A stretch of DNA of 62,861 nucleotides, counting the filler, from Dugesia japonica (Eukaryota), in the NCBI GenBank assembly GCA_001938525.1. It is 6 parts of 6 records of this genome, joined end to end, with 100 filler letters (N's around TTAATTAATTAA, not from the genome) between each part and the next. Parts side by side here need not be neighbours in the genome. Positions count along the whole stretch, not along the records: positions 12,537 to 21,531 come from MQRL01630987.1; positions 21,632 to 30,554 come from MQRL01414546.1; 4 more parts are not named here. One strand, 5' to 3'. A program made the position numbers and the translations under genes. Positions within the stretch are counted from its first letter, which is position 1. Each line of letters starts with the position of its first letter. The notes under the pieces were generated by a model, which saw only the letters and a program-made list of their open reading frames with translations, was not told the DNA's origin and ran no database searches. Shown one piece after another: positions 13,579-24,900 of this stretch.

Positions 13579-14152
13579 NNNNNNNNNNNNNNNNNNNNNN
13601 NNNNNNNNNNNNNNNNNNNNNNNNNNNNNNNNNNNNNNNNNNNNNNNNNNNNNNNNNNNNNNNNNNNNNNNNNNNNNNNNNNNNNNNNNNNNNNNNNNNN
13701 NNNNNNNNNNNNNNNNNNNNNNNNNNNNNNNNNNNNNNNNNNNNNNNNNNNNNNNNNNNNNNNNNNNNNNNNNNNNNNAATACATTAGTAAAAATTATAC
13801 CAAATGACTAATTATAATTACTAGCAAAAATTATTAAAAACAAGAAGTACAAAAAAATACATAAAAAATCATTAATTATAAAATGTGTCGATTTGTCTTG
13901 TAACCCAAATAAACATCAGTAATTTCAGCAGTTGAGGGTAAATATTGCGTTGTAGAATTGTTTCTTTACAAACAATAATGTTACAATTCAATTAATGGCA
14001 TAAATGAAATAAAATAACAAATAAATTATTGCGAAAAATAATTTAAAAATCAAAACCAAATTCAGTTAAATTGATTACATTAATATATTAATCAGTTCAA
14101 TCCAAATAAATTGATGGATTATTATTTAAACAAAATACTATCTTATTTCTAG

Positions 14153-14609
14153 TCTGTAAGATGGAACCCTTATGTAGCAAATCCAGTTACAATGACAAGA
14201 AATGTATTTAATTTCAATTTCCTACTAAATGATGTATATTTTAAATATTTTTAGTACGATTACACACCTCCTGGTTTGGTAAGATATTTAATCAGATTTT
14301 GTTTTGATATTCTCTTAAGAATTTTTTACCGAATCTAATAAAAGTTAGTTTTTTTTTGTTGAAATGATAACAAAGTTATTTTAAAATGAATTTCAATTAA
14401 GTGTAATCATGACGAATGCAATATATTTGATTTCGATTGTGAATATGACCATGACAATGTAATGATGTTTGATAAATTATTTTATAAAATCTATTCTTAA
14501 TTCAGCCTACCATCAAAGGTTTTATTATCAATGCTGTAAAATAATTATTTCAAATCAAAATTAATATTAATTATTTTTGTATTAGAATCCCAAGAAAAAA
14601 GAATGCTAT
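14153..14609 (+). CDS. Internal micro-exon chain of an unidentified host gene
   Basis: Phase-compatible AG/GT-bounded exons at 14153-14203, 14255-14278, 14320-14343, 14402-14458, 14506-14518 and 14586-14609. They splice to the open frame SVRWNPYVANPVTMTRN-YDYTPPGL-NFLPNLIK-CNHDECNIFDFDCEYDHDN-PTIK-ESQEKRML. Introns are 41-67 nt. Confidence 0.6.
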
Positions 14610-15627
14610 GTTAGTAATTCTATTTATATTATTAATAATTATATTTAGTAAGTAATTTATAATAAATAATAATCACAGTATTCGCAAAGGTTTGCTATGT
14701 GGAATTTCAACGATTTTTCGAATTCTGTTTCTTATGTATTTATTTTGATTTTCTTATTAAAATTGATATGATTCGAAAAACGTCTAATTAAGCGATAGAT
14801 ACTATTTTTGATTCCACAAGTCTCATAACTTAATAGTCTTAAATGTGCTAATCGGATACGATAACAATTTGCTTAGAACATATTGAATTTTAGATTTTAT
14901 TGATTTCCAATTTATAATGTTCATTTATAATAACAAATTGTTAAGTTCATACTTTAATTACATGAGTCATCTTAAAGTCGCTTTTGGTTAAATTGTTGGG
15001 CTGAAACAGATCTAAAAGAAAAGACGAGTAAAGGTTTAATTAAGGAAATGGAGTTGAAATTGAATAAGCGAATGCAATTAAATAGAACAATTGATTAATT
15101 AAATTAAAACAAATAGTTTAAAGAATTAATAAAGAATGATATAATAAAGAAAATAAATAAAAATTAGAGGTGGAAAAGAGATCAATAACTAATGAGCAAA
15201 AGAAATAGAATTGATAAATAAAATGAAGAAAATTAAATGAATTACCGAGAAAATCTAGAAAGGAAAGAAATATGAAATAATGCATTAAGAAATTAATAAA
15301 TAAAAATTATTAAACAGTGAATTTAGTAACAAATATGGGACATATTAAACATGAATTTAAAAAGCGAATGAAATTTGAAAAAATAATGAAGTGGAAAAGA
15401 ACAATTTACATATTAATATTTAAATGATATCAATGATATAAAAGTAGTTATTTGAAAATATCAAATAATTATTATATATATTATAAAAGTATTGTTTTGA
15501 ACAATTGTAATAATGTATTAAGAAATTAAAATAATAAATCATTATTAATATTATGGTGATTAAAACAAAATATATAATTTAGAGGATTATTGTAATGATT
15601 ATTATTATTAAATTAAAATTATTACTA

Positions 15628-16460
15628 TTGGGTTGAGTAAAAAGTCTTTTCGTATTTTTAAGCAAAATTTAAAGTCAATTTTTTATTATTATAAAACATT
15701 TTATTCAACAATATATGCACCATTTAAGTCAACGACATTTTGCCATCTGTCAAGTAATATGAAAATTCCATCCTTCCAGAATTTTTCTGATTTTATATCG
15801 ATAAACTCCTCCAAGTGCTTTTGGCAATCCTCTAAAGAACTGAAATTTTTCCATTAAGAGAATACTGTAAGCTTCGGAATAAATAACAATCTGATGGTGT
15901 CAGGTCTGGTGAGTAAGCTGGGTGGGACAAAACATCCCAGCCAAATTGCAATAACTTTTGTCGGGTCTGTAAAAAAACATGTGGTCTTGCGTTATCTTGT
16001 TGAAAGATTACACCATATTTATTGCTCAAGCTCGGTCTCTTTTCATCNATTGCTGCCTTCAACTTATCCAACTGGGCACCGTATTTAATCTAATCAATTG
16101 TTTCATTTTGTTTAATCAACTCATAGTATATGATTCCTTTCCAATCCGACCAAATACACGCATTACATTTTTGGGTGAAATGTTTTCACTGTTGCGGTTG
16201 GTTGCTGTTCACCATGCTTTCCCAAAGATCTTTTGCGCTTTACATTATTATATAAAATCCAATTTTCGTCGCCCGTAAAAATTCTTTTGAGAAATGGACT
16301 TTCCTGATTTCGCTTGAGCAATGAACTGCAGATTGATATTCGNGATAGTTTGAATATTAAAACAAATGTATATTTCTCATGTTTTAAATGAATTGGACTT
16401 TCAATATTTTGCTTATTTGATTCAATACAAAAATACGAAAAGACTTTTTATTCAACCCAA
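15628..16460 (-). mobile_element. Internally deleted mariner transposon with both TIRs
   Basis: TIRs TTGGGTTGAGTAAAAAGTCTTTTCGTATTTTT and AAAAATACGAAAAGACTTTTTATTCAACCCAA, with TA on both sides. Transposase motifs QQDNARPHV and WDVLSHPAYSPDLTPSDCYLFRSLQ. Confidence 0.95.
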
Positions 16461-17939
16461 TATTTTCAAAAAATAATATAAATTAGTATGAATTTTATTA
16501 ACATTAAAACAAAATTATTATGATTATTAATACTATAAGAATAGTTATTAAATTAAATTATATTTATTATTAGTAGTATTAAGATTGAAAATGGAAATTA
16601 AAATAATATCAGCAGTATTATTGTCATAATTATATTATAAATGTATGAAAGTATATCTAGTAGAATAATTCATTATATAATTATTTATAATTAATGCTTG
16701 TTAATATTATTATTTATTATCTCGACCTTTAAAATTTTTTTTGGCGTGAAATATTAAAATATAATTGCTGACTAAGAAAAAAATATAAAAGTAGCAATAA
16801 ACTTTAGAAATCACAGAACACAATTGAGATTGTNCAGTAAAAAATTGTAGGATTCAACAGTGAATGTCAATACACTAGGCATAACAGATGGTAACAATTC
16901 AATAGTTTTTTTATAGCAATGCTGTTTGTAGAGAAGCTAACACAACGTTCCGGAATGGTGATTACACTGAATGAAAATTGGAGTACTACGATCGATAAAC
17001 GTGCACAACGAAAAAGTATAAATTTCGCTCAACAAAAGCTACAAATAAAAATCTTACTATCAATTACACAAAACTATAATTGAAAATACTATTGGTAAGG
17101 TTATTGGAAGAAGCAAAATTGTTAGCAAAAATGATCAGACAATTACAGTTAATTTCAAAGTAATTTGATAGTTTAAGTTTTTGTTGAGATCATCCACCAG
17201 CAACGACAATCAAGATTAAAATGAAAGAAGAATTATGAAGCAACGTAACTAAAACGATGAAGCAGATTAATAAAGCCACAGAATCAAATCAATAAATGTA
17301 GTAGCGTAATCGAAATAATACATGAAGCAACTTGATTGAAATAATGAATGAAGATTTAAGAAACAATATTTATGAAGTAGCGCAGACGCATGGAGCAACG
17401 CAATCACAAATTTATTCAATTTATCCTGTGACGAAAATAGTAAAAGGAAGCTTGCGATGAAGTTGAGATAAAAAGGGGAACGAACGCAAATAAAGAGTTG
17501 AGGTTAGAGATGAAAAGAAGGAGCAGTAAATGATTAAAAGCTTGGGCATTTGAGTGTCACGATTAAAATGGAAATGTGTTGAAGTTATAACTAAATAATT
17601 AAATGTTAAAATCGGGAGATGAGCTGCTGATGATGGTCGACGCAATTATTTTATATATGCTTATCTTTTTTAAATGGTGATAACATTTATTGTTATTAAA
17701 TTGTTTTGAAAATTATAATCTATTGTCAAATAATGTTTGTTTTTTGAGTATTACTTTGGTAATGATAAATAATTTAAATTCAGTTAATGCAAGATTATTT
17801 TTAGGCTTAATTATTCAATGTTGTAAAATTGATAAAATTATAAATGATGTGTTTATTTTTTTTATTTTGCATTAACGATGAAAGCGTTAAAAATTCTTTA
17901 TTTAGTTTATCGATTAGTTAATAATGAGTAAATAGAGAC

Positions 17940-19533
17940 CATTGGTGTATTGACGCCGGGACGTGCCGGAACGACGTTCCGGTACTTTTTTTCAGAGCAG
18001 GAACGGTGTTTCGGTACTTTTTTCAGTAGGGAATTGTTTATAATTTCAACTGAGAATTATATTTTAAATTGACGAATTTGAAAAAACATTACAAAAAATA
18101 TGTTATTTAATAGATAATTTATCTTGCTTTGTTTTTTTTGTCTTTTCTAAAATAAATAAACAGCAAGTATTCTGTGTTTGATATATTACATACCATACTA
18201 TCAAACTACAAACTTTGACAATGGCGCTAAGGTGCCAATGCGAACCAATGGACGTACGCTCGAATCCCGTCAATGACTATTTCATACCGCCACGCTCATT
18301 AAGCTGCTGTTTAGATTATGTTATTATGTATAACTCCCACGTCTTATGCTTGTTCATTATATATATAATATTAAAGGTTAAAATAAAAATGTTTAAATAT
18401 TTTTAAGTCAATTATTTTCAAAATTTAATTTAGTTTAATTATATTTTAGGAACTTAAATAAAAGCATATATACAATTAATTATTGAAATAATATTTCATA
18501 AAGTCTATAATAAAAATTAATTTTTTATGTTTAAAATTATAAATGAGCGAAAAACGTAAACAACCCACTTTGGACAGTATCTTCGGAAAAAAACTTAAAA
18601 CACAACAAAAAGAAGATGTACTAGTGCTAGAAAACAGGAAAAATCAAATGAATATTCTATCAACATCAACAGAAAATTTTCAAAAAGAAAAAGAATCACT
18701 ATTAATAAATTGACCGGGTATTTGTACTGCAGATATGATCTTCGAAAAGAAAAAATATACTTGGCTGAAATGCGATTCCGGAAAATTAGGATGTCTGACT
18801 TAAAATGTTTGGAAAAAATGGTATTAATGATAATTATTTAAGGCACCATTTAATATCATTTACAAGTGACAGGGCCAGTGTTATGTTAGGAAGAAAACCG
18901 GAGTAGGAACAAGAATATAATAAATATCCGAATCTAATCACATGGCTTATGTTGTCAGTAGGAGATAATAAAAAGTTAAAATTCATTCACAAAAATCAAT
19001 TCTTAACTAGTATTATTAATAATATGAGAAATAGGCTAAATACTGCATCTTAAAATTTTTCTGCTTCAGACGGAATTTTGAATTCCGACAGTTCCGATAT
19101 TGTTAAAGAATTGCTAATTCTTGAACCAACCGAATGGCCATCCGAAATTAATATGGATTTTGAAGAAAAGGAAGTAGAATCTCTCTGCCAATGCTTTAAT
19201 TTACCGTTGGGTAAAATTTTAAATGCCTTCAGAGATTACTAGGTGGTCGTAACATTTCAGAAGATTTGGAAACTTTAAAAAATATTCCAAAATTATAGCT
19301 TGTAATTCTTCAGAATGTGATTGTGGATTCAGCAGTATGAATGTAATTGTATTGGAAAGAAGATCACGCATTTTAATTGATCATGTTGCAAATTTATTGT
19401 TTATAAAACTTTATAGACCACCATTTTTTACTTAAAACCTGGTTGCGTTCCCATCAATCCACTACTGACGAGCAAACTAAAAGAGCAGTGGCAAATGATA
19501 AAATTGTGTGATTCTATTTAGGAGTTTTTGTAA
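17940..19533 (+). mobile_element. Decayed hAT transposon (KIAA1586/ZNF862-like transposase)
   Basis: GC-rich terminal-like block at 17940-18030. Fragments MSEKRKQPTLDSIF, KYTWLKCDSGKLGC, ISFTSDRASVMLGRK, and the dimerisation-domain motif SSECDCGFSSMN...LLFIKL.RPP. Confidence 0.8.
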
Positions 19534-19899
19534 ATTTTATAGTATAATACATAATAATATCTTTAAGAATGTTATTATCTTTTTTTGAATTTATTTTTTT
19601 GTGTTTGTTAATATTTTTTATTTTTCTGAGTATGAATAGAAAATTATAATTTGTTTTTATTGAGATTAGCTAATAATTTATTATAATGAACACTTTTTCA
19701 ATTCTAATTGTTTCGATTTTTTCTTTAAATATTTTTAAGCCTGACGTACAAATATCGAAATGCCGATATTTATTAGAAAATTAGAAACTCGGTTTTATCG
19801 CTGATAAAAATTTGCCTACTTTTAGGATAAAGAATATATCATATTTTAAAACACCAAAAAAGGTTTTTTTCTCAATAGATTAGATAATTATAAAAAGGA

Positions 19900-20222
19900 C
19901 AGACTTCTTGAAAGAGATGAAAATCAGAGATAAGAAAAATTAAATAACGGAATTAAAAACAAAATTGACACGACTGAACGAAAAACTACTCCAGCAAGAG
20001 CGGGATAAAGAACAACAAAATCTGGCACTCGCGGATCTGCTGTATAAAATTTCAAATCATCTGAAAAGACCACCTACAATTACAGAACGAGGAGCCGTGT
20101 GGGAATTGAATCTGTTGAAACATAACCGACTGGGGAAACGGTTGGATGCAAGAATCAAACGGGCCATACCAACACTCGTCTCCTTTTTGAATCAACTAGA
20201 GGACGGAGAAATAATAGAGTAG
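19900..20222 (+). CDS. Unidentified coiled-coil-like ORF (likely TE-derived or pseudogenic)
   Basis: Open frame ...ELKTKLTRLNEKLLQQERDKEQQNLAL...ELNLLKHNR...LEDGEIIE*, with higher GC than the flanks. Confidence 0.35.
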
Positions 20223-20529
20223 ACTTTGTTTTAAAGGCGAATCTTCTGTGTAATTATGTAAATATATTTAGTGATACACGACTTTTATTCTCAAGTCATT
20301 TCCATCCTGTAATTTTAATTCGTACCTTGAATGAATATAATTTTATTTGAATTCTAAATCTTTTTATAAGTCTTTAAGTTAACTAACAAAACTCAATAAA
20401 GAAATCTGAATTATTCATCAAGTGGTTTCTCTCTATGAATTCAGGTTATTAAATTCCAGCCTTGTATGTGAAATACTTCTATGTTGTCTGAAATAGATGT
20501 CAAAATTTGAAATGTAATTTTAATTTAGA

Positions 20530-21121
20530 ATGACATCAGTAATAGGAAAATCAAACGGACCTTCAAAAACGGAACTGTTGTCGAAACAAGCATCCAGTCG
20601 TGCCGAATTAAAGAAAATTTCTGAGGGAGTGCAGAGAGCTAAAAACAACATGGCAATAAAGTAAAGGTTGTTAGTCATGCGGGAGCGTTTAAGTGTGAGT
20701 CGTTGAAGGGAACTCACACTAATCGCCAACAAACGAATGTTTACTAGAATAGTGAAGTCACACCCCGACCAAGAGGCCGCAGTCGTAGCGAACGTGATAA
20801 CCTTGTGGAAAGTATATGAGGGAAATAAAAACATGGAACAAAATAACGGAAGAGACAATCTTTGGGACGCCATTAAGTGTATAAATATTACAGACGTTCT
20901 CTTAGTTTATGAATGAACACCATAACATAAATAACGATGAGCTAGAGCATCCAAGACTTTCTCAAGACGAGATACCAAAAAACTACGGGGTATGTGATCT
21001 CAACACAAGAGGTGTTGATCAAATTTCTACCGGCTTCTGTGTTACTATTAATGACGAGAATGAAATCAAGTCAAGATTAGCAAAAGAATACAAGACAATC
21101 GAAAATATAGAAGCACAATAA
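20530..21121 (+). pseudogene. Copy B of the small unannotated ORF cassette (module 1 plus module 2)
   Basis: MTSVIGK...VQRAKNNMAIK*RLLVMRERLSVSR*RELTLIANKRM...QEAAVVANVITLWKVYE, followed by QDFLKTRY and GVDQISTGFCVT. Homologous to the copies at 52263 and 58942. Confidence 0.7.
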
Positions 21122-21468
21122 AATTTATACGATTTCATATCGAACGTATCTTGATATAATCATGTGTAGATCGTTAATACGTCATGACGTTTTTAGTTAG
21201 TAGTCATTAACTGGATAAATAAAGGGGTGTTTATAATTGGTGGTTAAAGAAATATCTACTATTGTATTCATGGGATTAAAATTTTTGACGTAATTTTTCA
21301 TCTTATTTATTTATTGAGAATATTTCATGTTTTATTTTTATGAAATAGTACTTGATTAATTTTTTTGTTTTTAGACAATTAGCGGAACAAAAACAAAAAT
21401 GGATACGGTATAAAAATAATTTTTATATAATTAATAATCAACAAAATTTTAGTATTAAAAATAAAATT

Positions 21469-21470
<2 letters not shown>

Positions 21471-21531
<61 letters not shown>

Positions 21532-21631
21532 NNNNNNNNNNNNNNNNNNNNNNNNNNNNNNNNNNNNNNNNNNNNTTAATTAATTAANNNNNNNNNNNNN
21601 NNNNNNNNNNNNNNNNNNNNNNNNNNNNNNN

Positions 21632-21697
<66 letters not shown>
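21471..21697. repeat. (AAT)n / (ATT)n microsatellites at contig ends around a spacer
   Basis: Direct trinucleotide runs on either side of the 21532-21631 spacer. Confidence 0.95.
21532..21631. other. Artificial contig spacer
   Basis: N run + TTAATTAATTAA (21576-21587) + N run. Confidence 0.95.
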
Positions 21698-21700
<3 letters not shown>

Positions 21701-21913
21701 CATGATATTTGATAAAAAAATAGAATATAATATAAAATTCATAATAAATGTTTCAAAAAACGATAAATTAATCTATTTAGACCATTGATACTAATTATAA
21801 TTAATACAAATTATAATTGCTTTAATGTAATTTTATGATTTGAAACTATTTTATATTTTAAACGATTAAAGGTTCGTCATATTTTCAAGGATTGCATATT
21901 TTATTTTTTCTAG

Positions 21914-24900
21914 TAACGAACTACAAACTCTAGCATCTCCAGGTCTGTTAGTAACATTTGACAGTTTTTCCCGATTGGTAAATTCCCAAAATCAAATCCT
22001 CAGTCATATATGTCCAATTCCAGGTTAAAAATAAATAATTTTAAATAATAATAATAAAAATAATAANNNNNNNTTATAATTATGACTTACAAATAAATCT
22101 CGAATATATTTCATATTAATTTGGAAATCTTTAACTTTTATTATATAATATGATTTATTATTAATATTAAAATGAGATTTAAATAATCAATTTACTAAAT
22201 TCCAGAAACTAGAATTATAAAACACTAGAATGTATAATGTTTATGTACGGAAATCCTCAAACAGATAAGTTTTTATTACCATCGAAAATATATTAATTTG
22301 TCTAATAGCTGAAATTTTGGAATTTCATTTACTACGTAGTAATTTGCCATTATTATTCACTGAAATATTGATCTGATCATTTAAATCAGGAGTATAAGCT
22401 TTCAAAAATTTATATCTAATTATTTTCTAGACAAATTTAACACTTTTGCAGATGTATCATATCATGCATGTTTTTAATTAATTATTATTTATTTTGCTAA
22501 ATTGAGGCAAAACTCTTGTTTATAATTATATGAATAGTTACTTGTCGTCCATTTTCATTCCAAATTTATCATATATGACATCATATTTTCTGGCTTGTCA
22601 TTTGCATTTTGATCATTATTGATTTTGTTAGCTGTAGTTAAATTATCTTTAAATAAACTTTATATAGAAAAAAAATAAATATATAAATAAAAATAGATTT
22701 TTTTGAAAATTTTAAGTAATTATTTTACAACAGTTATAAATGGTCGCTTTAAATGGAGCTTATTCACCATATACCACTTGAAGCTGATTAATGATTTTCT
22801 TCTTGCCATTTTCTTTGATAAGTAAAAATCGGATCATACTGTGAAATTAAATATTATCGAACAATTTTTTTGAAGTATTCTAATCTAGTGCAAACAAAAA
22901 TTAGCATATTGAAACAAATCGTACATTTAAAACCTATATATGGTTATTATTTGACGTGCAAAATAATATTTCTGATAGAGTTTAATGACTTTTTAGCTAT
23001 ACCATGTACATTTCTTTCAAAAATCTAATTATTAAAATTTAATTTTTAAGGCTAGATTATTTTAACATTGACAAAAACTATTGGCTATAATAAGAATATA
23101 AAATATAGTTAAAGTTATTTTAAGAAACGATAATTTCGATGATTTTACAACTAGGAGTTTCTTTTAAAACTCTTAACAGTTCTCCTTTTAAAAATCTTTT
23201 ATTTGCTCTATATTTCTAATTTTTCTAATTTTTCCTACGTGATCTTTAAGTAAAAACTTTCTTTCGTGAATTTTCTTGATCATATTATATAGTCCCATCT
23301 TGAAGTTCATTAGGGGTTTCTTGTTTAATTGACACTTTGTCTTATATATCCAAATTCCATACTGTTCCTTTTTGTGTTCCACTCTTCAATATTTTTATTA
23401 TTTTTTATTTATTTATTTATTTTTTTCCGAAAAAACTTTCGGAACTTATTCCGTTGGTTTTCTGAATTTTTCAACTCAATGTATGTTATATTTCTGGTTA
23501 TATATCTGCCAATTATTATTGCGGTAATATGAATTAAAGAACTTTAATTCTATTTCTGTTGTTTTTGTTTATTTCTTTATACAACTTGTCAAATTCTTTT
23601 GCTGCAACAAATTTCAGTAAANNNNNNNNNNNNNNNNNNNNNNNNNNNNNNNNNNNNNNNNNNNNNNNNNNNNNNNNNNNNNNNNNNNNNNNNNNNNNNN
23701 NNNNNNNNNNNNNNNNNNNNNNTTTATTTGAATGCCGTCGTCGTTTATTATATGACCTAAACACTTTTGTTTTAACAGATGATAATTTTATAGATTAATC
23801 AGAGATTTGCGTTCTTAACTGTAATCTTTTGGGAACTAAATGATCTTATATCCTCCATTTATTTCATTTCTGTTCCTGAAATTTTACTGTAATTCTCTTC
23901 ATGATTTCTGAAATTGTCATGTGTTTTATAATTCTTTTATTATACATCTATTATAATATTCTCATTTCCTGTTTTCTTTCTAAATTTGTTAATCGTTCTG
24001 TTTTTTTAGCCCACACGAAAAATCTTTTATACTGAATTGTTAAGCATTCTCTGCATATATATTTTACTGGTCGACATGCATAGCATCAAATATTTTTTTT
24101 CATGTGACAACAGTTTTTATTATCATTAAAAACCGGCTGTTCATTATTACAGAGCACTAATATTTTCGGAAATATTCACTTGTGAATGATTTCTTCTCTT
24201 TTGTTTATAAAAATGTTTATTAAGCCATTTTAACAATTCAATTTTCAAAACTCATGGTAGCTTTTCATTGTGTTAATTTCAACGTGATGGATACTAATCG
24301 GTTAATTCGTTATATCCTTTTAGGTTGTTTTTTGATGACTTTCCGGAGTGCTAACATTGATTTTCAGACTTTATGTATTTTGGTACATTAAAAATTTTCT
24401 GAGTCTAATTTCTTTATTTTTATTTTTTTTATTATATTGATTTGTTTCTTATTTTTTATTTGATCACTTTTGAATTAAGCATTATATTTTTATATCGTAA
24501 TAATGTATTCTTATCAGAATCTTTGATTCACTAGTCTTTATCTTTTTTTNNNNNNNNNNNNNNNNNNNNNNNNNNNNNNNNNNNNNNNNNNNNNNNNNNN
24601 NNNNNNNNNNNNNNNNNNGAATATTATCTTTGTTCAGATCCTCCTTTAGAGGTTCCTTGCAAAAGAACTAAGTTGGACTTAGTCGTTGTATTGGACTCTT
24701 CAGCATCTATTAGTAATGAAGATTATGATAGAGCAAAACGATTTATATCCAAAGTATTTGGGAAATTAGAATTAGGCCCAAATAAAGGTCGAGTGGCAAT
24801 GATTTCCTTTTCTAATGATCCAAGATTGGATTTTAGCTTTGAGGATTATTATGATAATTCAAGTGAGATAGTTTAATAAATAATAATGAAATTAATCTTT

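Noticed and set aside
20520-20873. 117-aa minus-strand ORF
   Set aside because: Shadow of the plus-strand cassette; conservation between copies is in the plus-strand frame.
22200-24400. Gag-like or other coding relic in the first long vWA intron (similar texture at 27300-27950 and 52740-53100)
   Set aside because: Too decayed to assign to a family from the sequence alone.
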